Assembly: GCA_964016885.1 (NCBI GenBank)
Contig: OZ024743.1
Coordinates: 184,202,001 to 184,266,000, forward strand
Length of the DNA: 64,000 nucleotides
Reading direction: 5' to 3'
From: Eledone cirrhosa
Taxonomy: Eukaryota
Shown here: positions 11,900 to 25,618 of the stretch, in pieces
Position numbering within the stretch: position 1 is the first letter of the stretch
Layout: each line of letters begins with the position of its first letter
Translations under genes and position numbers: made by a program
The notes under the pieces: model-generated
What the model was told of the DNA's origin: nothing
The model's input: the letters and a program-made list of their open reading frames with translations, nothing else
Databases searched by the model: none

Positions 11900-14800
11900 T
11901 GGTGGCTGCCAACTCGTTTTCGAGTACGGCCACTACCTTATATCCATGTCACATCATCACTCGTCGACTACTGTCGAGATGATGGATCTCACTCTCATGC
12001 CCCAGAATTCCCTGTCTCCCATCGCTGCCCCCAGGTCCTGCCTGCTGATTCCCGTATCCCTAGAGATAACGTCAGGGAATGACAGCTTCCTACTCCTAGT
12101 CAGGCTTGAGTCAGGGTTCCAGAGCAAGAGAGCGGATATGATTTCATTGCTGGCACGGTGACAGTGGCCAGCAAATTGAGCTCTCCGGGATTTTAGAAGG
12201 GCAGAGGCTCGAGGGAGTTTGCCATAGATTTTAGACAAGGTGGGATGTCGTTTCCAGGATAGGTTTTGCACTCTCATTAAGAAGCGGGTATATGTGCCAT
12301 CCAATCTCCTCTCAAGTTGTGATGTTAGTGTCCAAATTTCGGATCCATAAAGTAATATGGGCTTAATGGTTGCTTGGAATATTTCCAGTTTTAGCTTGTT
12401 GGTAAGTTGAGATGTCTATATGGCGTGCATGTCATTGCACGCTGACCATGCCATACCCTTCCTGGTTAGAAAATCTTTTTTGGAGGAGGAGATATATGAG
12501 CCAAGATACTTGTAATCTTCCACCTGCTTAAGGGTGGTACCATTAAGGGTTCTGATGGGGTAGTTTGGGCTGTTTGCGCATCTGTTCACACACTCAGTCT
12601 TGGATTCGTTGAGGTACAGTCCAACACAGTTGGACGCTTGCTTTAATGACTTCAAAAGACTCTCAGCATTTTCCTGTGACCGACTGATCAATGCGATGTC
12701 GTCAGCAAAGTCGGTGTCGGTCAAGTATTTTGCTGGGTAGCGTGAGCTTCTCCTAGGCTGTAGTTGGTATCCCCTATCCTGAATCCTATCCACAGACATG
12801 CGCAAAACATAATCCATAACAATGATAAATAGATACGGAGCAAGGGTATCGCCCTGTAAAATTCCAGCGAGGATTGAGAAAGGTGGTGTTTCCCCATCTG
12901 GGGTCAGGACAGTTGATTTGGTATCTGTATACATTACACGTATGGCCGCGATGATTTTATCAGGAATCCCATAGAGTTGTAGAATTTCAAACATCCCCGA
13001 CCTGTCAACTGAGTCGAAGGCTTTTGAAAAATCAACAAAGATGAGTGCAAGGTCTAGATTGCGGTTTTAGGACTTCTCTATAAGTCGGCGAAGGCAGAGA
13101 ATCTGGCTAAGTGTTGATCTACCTCTTCTAAATCCATTCTGGTTGTTACGAAGGATTGGCTCAAGAAATGGGATTAAGCGGTTAAAAAGAAGCTTGTTGT
13201 ATATTTTTGCAGCAATTGCCATGAGAGAAATTCCTCTATAGTTGGTGGCTAAAGAAAGATCTCCTTTTTGGGGCATGGGATAATTTGAGCTGCATGTCAG
13301 ACGCTAGGTGGTTTATTGGTCTCGAAAGTATGGTTACATAAGTTGAGCAAAAGGATGTGGAAATGCTCATCCTTCCAAATCAGGGTAGGTATATTATCCG
13401 GCCCAAAGGCTTTTGAGGCTTTGATCTGTTTGATGGTTTCTTTGAGCTCAGGCATGGTGAAAGGAGAGGTGTTGATTCCTAAAGGCTCTGAAACCTGAAC
13501 GGATGGTAGTTGATAGTTATCAGGGAGTCTGGCTTTTTTCCCTAGAAGGTTTTTAAAATGAACAGACCAATTTTCAAGACGTTTTTTTTGGCAGAGCCTC
13601 CCTTGATTCTAACTGCAGAGTTTGAGTTTTTGCCTGAAAGATCTTTGACAACCTTCCAAGCAAGATGATGGTGTTTGCTGATGTGATGTTGCGATAGCTG
13701 ATCAATCCTACCTGAGATATAGTCGGCTTCAGCATTAAGATAAGCGTCGTCTAGTGATTTTTTGGCCATGATAAGCTGTATCTTTTTCCCTTGAGATGGT
13801 GATTGATGGTGAGATTGGGATATTGACCTAAGATGGGCCCTTGCCTCAACTACCTTCTCTGAGGCACTAGGTTTCATTTGGCTTCGGCTTTTCTTTTTAG
13901 GTAGGGTGGCAAGTGCAACTTCCTCTGTTGATTGCTTAAGACAGTCATACACATCCTCAATATTATCGTCATTGATGTCAGAAGTTGAGAGAGATTGAAA
14001 TCTGTTATAGACTTGAAGCGTGAAGCTATTGGATAGTTGTTTGTTGGAAGAAACGGCTTTCCAGTCTATTCTTTTCATGGGATGAGGTTCGGCCCTCTTG
14101 GATATCCTGAGGCTAAGTTTGATTGTTGCCGAGATGACTCGATGATCTGAGCCAACAGAGCTAAAGGAGGAATAAGATCTAGAATCTTTGACTGAGTTTC
14201 TCCATTTCTTGCGAAATATCAAATAGTCAATCTGAGCTCGTTTTGGGTTTCGGTATTCGAAGGTCCAAAGCTGGCCTCTGGTCTTCATGAAGCTGTTGTT
14301 TGAGCTGAATAGACTGAATTCTTCCATGAAGTCCTTGAGATATTCCCCGTTTCGGTTAGTAACCCTATTGTATGTGAACTTTACTTCATCCGGGCCAAGT
14401 TGAGCGTTGAGGTCTCCAGCGATAAGAAAGTTGTGTAAGGGTACTTGCTCAACAACTGTGCGAAGGGTCGTGTAGAATTCTCTTACCTCATCCCCAGGAG
14501 AGGCGTTATGAGGACTGTATACACATATCGCAGTGGTTCTAGGATTGCCCTCTAGTGTAAGCACCAACATTCTGGGAGAGATTGTTTCAATCCCCAGAAG
14601 ATTATTGCTGGCTTTAGATGAGAGAAGGCAGCCGACTCCTCCGACGGAGGCATTGACAGGGTTCTTGGTGGCTGAAGAGGTGACAAGTTGGTAGGATCCT
14701 AGGGTGTGATACTTGAGATCATCCTTTGGGTGGAAAAAGCGGTGTTCTTGGACCGCAAGGATGTCAATGTTCTGAAATTTGGCATTCTCTGCCAGCTCCT

Positions 14801-15041
14801 GGAGTCTACCTGTTGGAAGGAGGGTTCTGGTGTTCAAGGAGCTAACTATTATTTGCTTTTTACAGCTAACTAAGCAAGATTTGCTTGTTGTTTGGTTAGG
14901 ACCTGTTTCTTCTCCATCAGATGAACCCCGTCCCTTGAGATTTGAGGATTCATCATCACTCGATGCCTTTGTAGGTGCATTATGATCAGAAAGTAGGAGA
15001 ACCCCTACCGATGCGCTGAACGAGTGTGACTTTTCAGTCCA
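11900..15041 (-). mobile_element. RTE-clade LINE (APE + RT), frameshifted, with (TATG)n 3' tail
   Basis: ORF pieces: SLNTRTL/AVQEHR/IAGDLNA/SDHRVI (APE); NYRGISL, QNGFRRGRS, LQGDTLAP, FADDIAL, YKYLG, RRAQFAGH (RT). Confidence 0.92.
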
Positions 15042-15088
15042 GTATATATATATATATATATATACATACATACATACATACATACATA

Positions 15089-16387
15089 CATGAAACGTAA
15101 GCAGGGAGGCAGAGGCCTAACATCAGTCCTGACAACATTTGAATGTCGCATCATATCTCTCCGACAACATCTACGAACCTCGAAGCGTAGGAGCCTGTTT
15201 CTCGAGCAAGTCTATCTGCATGAAACAGATAAGATCATGAGAGTTGGGAAGGAACTCCTCGAGAGATATTCCCTGTGTGATAATCAAAAACTCACACCCA
15301 GGGAAATCGCTCAGCAGTATCGCGGTGAATCCATGGATGAAAAACTGCATACTTATCAGCAAAAAATCATGCATGAATATGTTGCCAGGAAGCTCCAGAG
15401 TGAGAGTAATATAGATAAGGAAAGTAGTCTATCTTGGACCAACAGCCGCTATATTGGCTCCCACTTTGAAGGATACGCTTTTGCAATCCAAGAAAAGGAG
15501 ATTAACACGAAATACCTGATTCACAAAAGAGATAGGGATGCAGGCAAAACACCTAGATATGATAACAAGTGCAGACTCTGCAAAATTAACATCGAGGATA
15601 TCACCCATGTCATAAGCAGCTGTCCAAAGAGGTCATCGCGGTACTATCTACCTATGAGGCATGATATAGTGGCCAAAACACTGTACAATGCAGTTCGTAA
15701 AAAATATAGCCCCGATAATAAACACATTAAAAGCTACAGCAATGTGGAAGACATCCATGTACATAATATGAAAGAGTACTGGTGGAATGTTCCAGTAAAA
15801 ACCCTAATAAAATGCAGACATAACAGACCAGATATTATGATATGGGACAGAGAGAAGAAAGCATGCACAGTAGTGGAAATTAGCTGCCCAGCAGATGCCA
15901 ATATAATATCAAAGATTAGTGAAAAGGAGAATATTTATGCAGAACTGATGAGAAATCTGCAGATACTCCACCCTGATTACACCTTCAGATTTATGCCTGT
16001 GATTACTGGGGCACTGGGGTATGCTAGTAACTGCCCCAATACAAATCTTGAGAAGCTAGGCGTCACAGGAACAGAAAGAACACAACTAGTTAGGAAATTA
16101 CAAGTACAATCCATTAATGGAAGAGTAAAAATATGTAAAACATTCCAAAAATTGTGCATCTAATAACTGCATATACACATGTACAGATGCAAAGCATATA
16201 CACATGCACATATACAACTCAAAACATACACATCCACACATACAATAACATCCATATCTACACATGTATGCATACATAATCTACCTAGTTGATGTTGTGT
16301 AAATTCCAATGAGAGAGTCTCGTGTCTGTTAGAAACCGACTCTCTCTTTATTGGGCAAAAATTTGTGAAGCTATAAAACCAGAAGAA
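15089..16387 (+). mobile_element. 5'-truncated R4/Dong-type LINE (family B): CCHC zinc knuckle + RLE endonuclease
   Basis: KQGGRGL, CRLCKINIEDITHVISSC, RHD, RPDIMIWD...VEISCP (PD-D/ExK); (TACA)n on both sides. Confidence 0.88.
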
Positions 16388-16402
16388 CATACATACATAC
16401 AT

Positions 16403-16975
16403 ATGCAGACATAATGATATGGGACAGGGAAAAGAAAGCATGCACTGTAGTGGAAGTTAGCTGACCAGCAGATGCCAATATAATATCAAAGATTAGCGAA
16501 AAGGAGAATATTTATGCAGAACTGATGAGAAATCTGCAGATACTCCACCCTGATTATGTCTTCAGATTTATGCCTGTGGTTATTGGGGCACTGGGGTATG
16601 CTAGTAACTGCCCCAATACAAATCTTGAGAATCTGGGCTTCACAGGAACAGAAAGAACACAACTAGTTAGGAAATTACAAGTACAATCCATTAATGGAAC
16701 AGTAGAAATATGTAAAACATTCCAAACATTTTGCATCTAATAACTGCATATACACATGTACAGATACAAAGCATATACACATGCACACATATAACTCAAA
16801 ACATCCACATCCACACATACAATAACATCCATATCTACACATGCATGCATGCAGACATGCAGACATATCTACCTAGTTGATGTGTAAATTCCAATGAGAG
16901 AGTCTTGTAACTATGTTAGAAACCGTCTCTCTCTCTCTATTGACAACAATGTGTGAAATTATAAAACCAGAGGAA
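16403..16975 (+). mobile_element. Second, shorter 3' copy of R4/Dong family B
   Basis: Near-identical to ~15812-16387; flanked by CATA repeats. Confidence 0.88.
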
Positions 16976-17100
16976 CATACATACATACATACATGCATAC
17001 ATACATACATACATACATACATACATACATACATACATACATACATACATACATACATACATACATACATACATACATACATACATACATACATACATAC

Positions 17101-17896
17101 ACCACTCAAAAAGCCTGGCATGGAGTTCCGACAAGTTTATGACATCACACCTTGAGGGATATCTCTATGTAATACAGGAACAAGAACTCCCTACCAAATA
17201 TCTGCTGCACAAAAGAGGAGGGCCAGCAGCTGACAATAAATGTAGGCTATGTAAACAAAGATCGAGGATGTAAGCCACATTGTTGCCAGCTGCGAAAGAA
17301 TGTCATCTCGCTACTACCTCCCCATGAGACACGATGGGATAGCTAGAACCATCTGGAACGCACTTCGGAAAACAAAATTAACAACAAACGAGGAAGAATA
17401 TATTGAGACAGATGGCACTAAGGAATACTGGTGGAACCTGAAAATAAAAACTGCCATCAAATTAAAACACAACCGGCCTGATACTGTTGTTTGGGACCAC
17501 ACATTGAAAACGTGTTCTGTTGTGGAGATCAGCTGCCCACTTGATGTAAACGTTGTCAGAAAAATACAGGAGAAGGAGGACATCTACGGACCAATGATGA
17601 GGAGTTTACAAATCCAGTATCCAAGATACACCTTTAGCTTCATACCCATCATTATTGGAGCTACGGGTTATATACCAACCCGCTTGGACCAAAGTATGAC
17701 TGAACTTGGATTTGCGGACAAAAAATGCAGCTCCCTAATTCATAGTCTACAAATGGCTGCGATAGCTGGCACCTTCATAATTTGCAAAACATTCTTGCGA
17801 TTCAAGGGATGACAATTTCTTTTTTTTTTTACAGCCTTGCCACCAGGAAGGTGGCCGGTCAAAAAAAATATACTCGAAATTAAGAGAAAGAGATAA
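17101..17896 (+). mobile_element. 5'-truncated R4/Dong-type LINE (family A)
   Basis: Near-identical to ~43392-44188; (TACA)n on both sides. Confidence 0.9.
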
Positions 17897-17909
17897 CATA
17901 CATACATAC

Positions 17910-18518
17910 ATGGTGGCTGCCAACTCGTTTTCGAGTACGGCCACTACTTTATATCCATGTAGGAGAACCCCTACCGAAGCGCTGAACGAGTGTGACTTTT
18001 TAGTCCAGCCTGCGACTTGAAAACTCTGGTACAAACACTACACTTGTGACAATTATTGACACATAGTGCTGGGCCCATGGTACCATGTGATGACAAGGGC
18101 AGAGAGATCTCCAGATATAAAGCAATGCCTGTGCCATGAAGCTTTTATAGTGAGCAAAGGCACTGCACAAAGCCAGTCCCACTCTCTTAACCAAGATGAT
18201 ATTTACCAAAAAGAAGAACAAGTCAACATCATTGGATACCATCAGAGTTGCAGGTGTTATATCAGAGTTTTCCTTCTCCTAGAATTCTGCCTTGACAAAG
18301 GCTAAGGGGTCATCTCTCCCGGTGATTTTGGATAGCCATTGACTCTTAAGAGGTCCTTTGCCCTTTGACAGGTTTTGTTTTTAGTCCTGCAGGATGTCCA
18401 CAGTCACCCTCCTCACCAAGAAACCTTGGTGGGGTTGCCAGTTTAGTCGCCAACGACCCGACCATGAGACAGGTTGTACTGGGATACATGTTACCAGTAG
18501 CACCAACTGGTGACCTGA
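17910..18518 (-). mobile_element. Non-autonomous bipartite RTE derivative, copy 1
   Basis: Joins the RTE 5' segment (matches ~14994-15041) directly to the RTE 3' end (matches 11900-11949); has the CTAGGAGAAGGAAAACTCTGA RTE 5'UTR motif. Confidence 0.85.
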
Positions 18519-18591
18519 CATACATACATACATACATACATACATACATACATACATACATACATACATACATACATACATACATACATAC

Positions 18592-19144
18592 ATGGTGGCT
18601 GCCAACTCGTTTTCGAGTACGGCCACTACTTTATATCCATGTAGGAGAACCCCTACCGATGCGCTGAACGAGTGTGACTTTTTAGTCCAGCCAGCGACTT
18701 GAAAACTCTGGTACAAACACTACACTTGTGACAATTATTGACACATAGTGCTTTACCTTTGGTACCATGTGACGACAAGTGCAGAGAGATCTCCAGATAC
18801 AAAGCAATGCCTGTGCCGTGAAGCTTTTATAGTGAGCAAAGGCACTGCACAAAGCCAGTCCCACTCTCTTAACCAAGATGATATTTACCAAAAAGAATAA
18901 CAAGTCAACATCATTGGATACCATCAGCGTTGCAGGTGTTATATCAGAGTTTTCCTTCTCCTAGAATTCTGCCTTGACAAAGGCTAAGGGGTCATCTCTC
19001 CCAGTGATTTTGGATGGCCATTGACTCTGAAGAGCTCCTTTGCCCTTTGACAGGTTTTGTTTTTAGTCCTGCAGGATGTCCAAAGTCACCCTCCTCACCA
19101 AGAAACCTTGGTGGGGTTGCCAGTTTAGTCGCCAACGACCCGAC
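18592..19144 (-). mobile_element. Non-autonomous bipartite RTE derivative, copy 2 (slightly 5'-truncated)
   Basis: Highly similar to copy 1, same internal junction, (TACA)n flanks. Confidence 0.85.
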
Positions 19145-19185
19145 ATACATACATACATACATACATACATACATACATACATACA

Positions 19186-19216
<31 letters not shown>

Positions 19217-20231
19217 GCAAGTAGACACACAGACTCTTTCGGCCCTCCCTTCCTTGAACCAGCCGAACATCCAGGATGTGACAGCTGGAAGGGAAGAGAG
19301 TTGCACCAGCACAGGGCTGGTACATTTTTATCGAGCCTGAAAGGATGATAGACAAAGGGAATTCAGAGACGCAGAACAAATATCCAACGCTCCAACGACT
19401 CCGCCAAATTGATCGACTTAGCGCAAAATGTATGTAGTGATACATTCCTAAACTATATGATGCTGTATTTAGATTTAAAGATTTTTATTTATTGCATGTC
19501 CATTTAGCATGTCGTAACTTCTTTTTTTCTTCATCTTTTCATGCCACATCATGTCGATAGAGTGAATAAGCATATGTAAAGCTGCCAAGTTTTATATCAA
19601 AGAAATCCATAAAGGTCTAATACAAGTACTATTTACTACTTGTAAATTTCTTTTACTTTCCAAACACTTACAAACATAAGAAAAACATTATTTTAAAAGA
19701 GAGAAAAAATAATAAAGAACATGTAAATATATGTAGCATAAAAAAATACATTTAAAAAATCCCCAAAGTACATAACATAAATTTGCTTTGTGTACAGATA
19801 TGAACTTATAATAAAAGTATGTGTACATCAAAAGATTACGGTCGTCTATGTAAGTGGTCGTTAAACAAGATGGTCGTTCGGTGTGTGGCTGTATTGAATA
19901 ATGATGATAGTATTGATAATTGAATAGTATGTCATAAAAATCTATATTATATTAAATAAACTCCTGCTAACGTAGGTTCTATGTTGAGGGGAAAGGAGTA
20001 GCTACAGGTTGTATTTTCGCTTCACCAACGTTTAATAATTTATAATTTAAAAAAAGATTTTTTTTTTTTAGAATAGAATGAGATCGCAATATATATAAAA
20101 CAATCTACTTTCGCATGTACGGATATAAAAAGAAAACAAGCAGTCACATGCACAAAATGAATGCAATACAAACGTAGCATTTCATTTACTTTCATTTAAA
20201 TTGCGCATTACATATAGTAGACTTGACTATG

Positions 20232-20520
20232 GCACATGGCTTAGTGGTTAGGGTGTTCGACCCACGATCGTAAGGTCGTGATTTCGTTTCCGTGTAGATC
20301 GTAGTGTCCTTGAGTAAGTCACTTAATTTTACGTTGCTCCAAATATAGACAGGCAAATATGAGTTGTATTTGTATATATGTCAAAGGTCACGCTGAATTT
20401 CCACGAGAACTACGTTAAGAGTGTACATTTTTGTGGAACACTCAGCCATTTTACGTTAATTGCATGAGCAGACTGTTTCGTAGTTCGTACAACTGGATCA
20501 TTCGTCGTCGCCACCGATGC
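20232..20520 (+). mobile_element. tRNA-derived SINE, second family
   Basis: A box TGGCTTAGTGG, degenerate B box, GTGTCCTTGAGTAAG central motif. Confidence 0.65.
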
Positions 20521-20687
20521 ATGTCCAACCAATTTGACTGTTATGTTAACCATGGGATACTGGGCAGTGGAGTTGGTTTCATTAACGATAAACATCAACT
20601 ATGATGATGATGATGATGATGATGGGACCTCCGGCCGGTTCGGCGGTGAGCTTTCAGTTACTCGATCAACTGAACGTTCAACTTAAT

Positions 20688-21172
20688 GTCATCATCATGG
20701 CTTGGCTTGGTTTCGCGAAGATTATGAAAGGGGTGGTCCACGTTGACTGCAGGCACGCTTGTGGTTTTCAGGCCAATGCGTTACAGGCAGACATGGTCGC
20801 AGTGGCTGAAGCTGATGGTCTAATCAGGGTTTAATCACTTCGTAGTTGGGACTTCAGCAGCATGGCCTCAACGCTGGTGACCTCCGCATGTTCAAGGACT
20901 TCAACATTGGTGGCAAAGTCTTTCCAGTGGATGTTGAGGGCGGTGCGAAGGCAGCGCTGGTGGAAGTTCTTGATGAGTCGAAGGCGGTAACGATAAGCGA
21001 CCCATGACTCTGAACCATCCAGGAGGGTGGTAAGGACTATGACTATGTACACTTGATCTTGGTACCCTTCTTCGGGTGTTTATTGTTCCACACGCGTTTG
21101 TACAGTCTGCCAAATGCACTGATCTCCTTTGCCAGTCTGTTGCTGATTTCCCTGTCGATCTTGTCATCTGAT
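20688..21172 (-). mobile_element. RTE/BovB-like LINE 3' fragment, decayed
   Basis: DREISNRLAK..SAFGRL..RVW, LL.GSESW, FHQRCLR..LNIHW.D, SVEAMLLKSQLR. Confidence 0.8.
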
Positions 21173-21623
21173 ATCTGATGAGATCCGGAACGAATAGCAT
21201 AAAGCATTCTGTCTGACGTTTTATCAACTCTGTCAATTCGCTGCTCCTCCCCCAACTTAATGAATTAACGTATGAATAAGTGAGTATTGCACGGACACGT
21301 GCATCCTTAACGTAATTCGTAAGTTGAACCAGTGTGACAGAATAAGTGACAAGGCTATAACATTGACTGACAAGTACAGTCCACTCGACGGACTTCTACA
21401 CAGTTTCTTTCAACACACTTTGACTCACAAAGCTTCGGTTGGTCAGTTGAAGATCACAACGTTGGCATATTTCCGAGCCTACGAATTTTATTGACGTGAC
21501 ATATCTTGACTCGGCTTGTGCCAATAAAGCAGGCGGAGAGGTCTATAAGGAGTTATGCAAGCCCTATTCGATCTAAAATTATCCATTGGTATTGATAAAT
21601 TGATAGTCAGTGATCACGTGTAA

Positions 21624-21849
21624 GGCGAGATCAATTGGCAGAGTCGTTAGAACGTTGGACAGAATGGTTTGCGATATTCGTTCCGGTTTTATGCGCACTG
21701 AGTTCAAATCCCGCGTAAAGGGGTATGGCTTAGTGCTTAGGGTGTTCGGCTCACGATCGTAAGGCGGTAACTTCGATTCCGAGAGGAGCGTTGTGTCCTT
21801 GAGCAAGACATTCTATTTCACGTTGCTCCGGTCAACTTTGCTTTTCATC

Positions 21850-21850
<1 letters not shown>
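21624..21850 (+). mobile_element. Nested SINEs: second-family head inserted in a Nin-type SINE
   Basis: Nin-type head with B box GAGTTCAAATCC, then TGGCTTAGTG...TGTGTCCTTGAGCAAG, then resumed gtcaactttgcttttcatcc. Confidence 0.6.
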
Positions 21851-21904
<54 letters not shown>

Positions 21905-22639
21905 CCAGGAAGAAATTGACTGTGTTGAAACTTCGAGAGGGGTGGGCTGCGCAAGGCTTTTAACTGCGCAAAACTCCATCAGAAGTAACGGGTTCAATTA
22001 TTAGTTATATACTATGCACCGAGGAAGGACAGAGATCTAAAATGTGGGTCACTTCGGAAATAAAGTAAATAGAAATAGTGCCGTTTAAGTTCCAGATTGC
22101 TTAGGAGAAACTGAATAAGAGGGTTTTGTAAAGTAGTTGAAGGGTGTATCTATCAATGTCTTCTTTATTTTATTTTTTTTTTCGTTGTTAATCCCTTGAA
22201 TCTTTCCTATAAAGAAGAGATTGGTACGTACATATGTATAGGTATATAATGACCCATAACTTCTGGTGGAGTCGTATGTAACTACGACGCCCCTAAAAGA
22301 GAAGCAATCTTCCAAGGCGTGTCTTTGGCGTTTTAAATCTGGCGAAGCCTATGTACCCTCCAGATCTGAACTCAGCTGATTTCTTCCAGAGAATGGGAGA
22401 GAAAGTGAGAGAGAGAGAGGAAGGAGAAGAGTGCGGGACATAGTAGAAGAATCGACCAAAGTACTGAACTGGTACTTTATTTATTGAGCTCAAAATGATG
22501 AGAGGCAAAGTTAAGCTCGATAGGATCAGAGCGCAGAGAGCCAAAACGAATATCACAAAGCATTCTATACGACGTTTTAAAGACTTTGATGATTCGCCGC
22601 CTGTATATATGTATATATTTTCATAAAATTACTACCAAC

Positions 22640-22707
22640 CTGAATCCGTTGATAATTACACTAACGAATTGGTCTACCAGTTTGCTATTTTTTACGGCCG
22701 TTGTTAT
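22640..22707 (-). CDS. Mucin-like gene exon 3: middle of first SEA domain (ITTAVKNSKLVDQFVSVIINGF-S)
   Basis: Acceptor ttttctcctttCAG| (phase 0), donor AG|GTTGGT (phase 2); bridges exons 2 and 4 in frame. Confidence 0.8.
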
Positions 22708-24088
22708 CTGAAAGGAGAAAACTCATAAAATAATATTTCTTTTGTTGGTGATTAATTTTAATGTACATGTATGTATTTATCGTATAATTCGGTTGCTCAG
22801 TGCGTAATTTAGTATATACTAAAATTACTTTTATTTCATCAACATACGACGAAATCTGGGCAATATTAAACTTCTTCCAATTATAATCTTTTTTTCCTTA
22901 ATTTTCCCAGTATATGTTTTCTTCACGCGACTTTTTTTTCTTCTGGATATAAAAAATTAATACTGAATCTACTAAACATTAAAGATTATATGACCAGCAA
23001 ATAAATGAATAATACGGAGAAAAGAATGTTATGAATTATATATGAATTAGTTGGCCCCGTGCCGTCAAAAATAACGGTTAATTGTAATATGTATACATAA
23101 TATAAAAAAGAGATGTTTGTTGGTTGGTTCCTTCGCGCTCACTCACATAAATGATATAAACATACAAACACACAGCCAGTGTGTGTAGCCAAATCGCTAC
23201 ACACACACACACACACACACTCACAGCTGTGACGAATCTTAGAACGTTGGACCTCTATAGTTTCTCACCTCCCCCCTCCTTCCTCAGTCATGACATAAAT
23301 GTGTGTGCATGTAATAATTATTTTTTTCTAAGTGTGTCTGTTTATATATATGTATGTGGAGATACGTATGTGTTTGCAATTCTATTGTCTATGTCTCTTT
23401 CTAAATAAACACACACAAACACATATACACTCACACAAATATTACACACACAAACACACACATAATCATAACAGCCAATGTGTGTAGCCAATTCGCTATA
23501 CATATAGACACACAGATGTAGCGAATATTGGACGCTGCCACCCCTTCCTTCCTAAGTCGACGTTATCACTCCTTCCTTTCTCAGTTTGTCATCACCCCTT
23601 ACTTCCTCAGTCATCTCTTTTGACGGACAAATACACAAGCGTATTTATATATTAGTAAGTTTATATATGAAGTTCTTGAATATACTTACAATGTTAGAGA
23701 CGTCATTCCAAAACCTGAACGTTTGGCGGTTCGGATCCTGGCTTGAAAGCTTCGTCGGGTTCCAGATGGAAACCCTTGATTATCAATTATCTAATTCAAC
23801 TTGCTACTTTTTTTTTGTTTACTGTTTAGTCAGGGAGTAAAGGCCAGTGTCTATGAACTTATCTCAAGGTCTCCGAGACTGGTGGGCGGGAAGGAAGATT
23901 GTATCCTCAAACCGGAGACCTGCTCCGAATGCTTGCAATTGGGTGAACTCTGCTAAAGATAGTCATGAGCCAAGGGGTAATATTAAATCAAATAACTGCA
24001 ATAATTGCTATACAGAGGTAGCGTTCTCCACTGTAAACCTTTGGAATTTCATATTAATTTTCTTTCATTAGATATGTCTCTGCCCGCG

Positions 24089-24135
<47 letters not shown>

Positions 24136-24159
24136 GCGCGCATGTATAAGGATTGCAGC

Positions 24160-24690
24160 GTCTTCACAGCCGATTGCCGTCTCTTATTGATTCTTCGTTA
24201 TCATTCCATCTGCGTTCATGACTTCGAAGATGACTTTGTCGGCCAGCTATAGATCTGCACGGTTTACGAAACAGTTGACAGAAGAGAGTTGTGCTTTCCA
24301 CAAGACCGGTGGGGTCACCCTGTGGGACACAATCTTTATGTATCACCATGTTTTTTTTTAGTCCAGAACTAGTTCTACCCACTTTGTTGCATATCACGTA
24401 CATTGCTTCGCCAGGTCTTTGTTGAGAGGTGTTGTGGGTGGTTATCCTTTCATGTAACTTCAGGTGATTGACATAACCAGCCTTTGAGAGGGGTACACGC
24501 TGACAGAAATTGCATGTCCAACTACTGATGACTTCATCAAGACTGTGAGCACAGCTCTTCCCCAGCTGACGCTTCAGTTGTTTATGTTCTAGACGACATT
24601 CCTCAAAAGTTTTACAACTGCTCTTTATGTGCTTTCTCCTCCCAGTTGTCTATATCAAATACCACTCGTTGGGGTTGTTCTTCATGCTGT
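24160..24690 (-). mobile_element. Decayed RTE-like LINE 3' end (C2H2-like tail)
   Basis: KPCRSIAGRQSHLRSH-type C-terminal motif; stops and frameshifts. Confidence 0.5.
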
Positions 24691-24814
24691 CCTGAACCTC
24701 ATTTTCGGCTTGTGTTGAGGCCTCCCCCCCCCCCCCACACACACACACACACAAAGCAGTATAGTTTATACGAAGTATTGTAAGATAGGTGGTTAGAATT
24801 ATTTTGGGAAAACA

Positions 24815-25000
24815 GGACGGTGGATTGGCAGAATCGGTAGAGCGTCGAACAAGATGCTTTACTATATTCAGTTACGCCGAGGATAACTTTGCTTTTCCTC
24901 ATTTCGGGGGTCGATAAAATAAATTACCAGTTAAGCACTAGGATCGATATAAACGACTTTCCCTCACCCACAATTTGCTAGCCTTGTACTTAAATTAGAA
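24815..25000 (+). mobile_element. Nin-type SINE, older copy
   Basis: ggtggattggcagaatcggtag head and gggtcgataaaataaattaccag core. Confidence 0.7.
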
Positions 25001-25618
25001 ATAAATGTTTTGGGAAAGCAATGCAAGACTAAAAACTAGGGTAGTGTAAGAAACACAAAACAATAGTTTATACTTTTACCTTATATTTCATAGACCTCTT
25101 CCCCACCTTTTTTTTTTTTTTTGTCAAAGAAAGGAAATAGAATGTGATGTTGGTGACCAGCTGTGCTTCACTGCGTAAAAATTGAGTTGGAAGAGTAGTG
25201 ACATTAATCTGTTCTATCGGAGTTAATCTGGGATTAAGCTACAACTAGGGCTGACGCCTGTGTAGTTAGCAGCTTAGGTTAGCCCTACAATGTTCCCCTC
25301 TTCTCCCAGTTATACACCCCATTCTTCCAAATAGAATATTTTCAGCTTACAGTTTCGTAAACTAGCAAACTTAGTTTTTAACATTTCTTACTCTGACCAG
25401 ACAAAGAAAATGACTAAGCTTACATTTTCTACTATACACTCCACACCTACCCACACCAAAGGACGTGACAGGTCATAACTCCATACGACTTTCTCAGTCG
25501 CTTTGGATATTTTCCACAGCGCTGCTTGTCTTTCATACCGCTCTAACACTAACTAATGTTGCCTAGAGGGGAAAGAACCAACTTTAAAACTGCTTAGACA
25601 GTTATGCACAACACTTAC

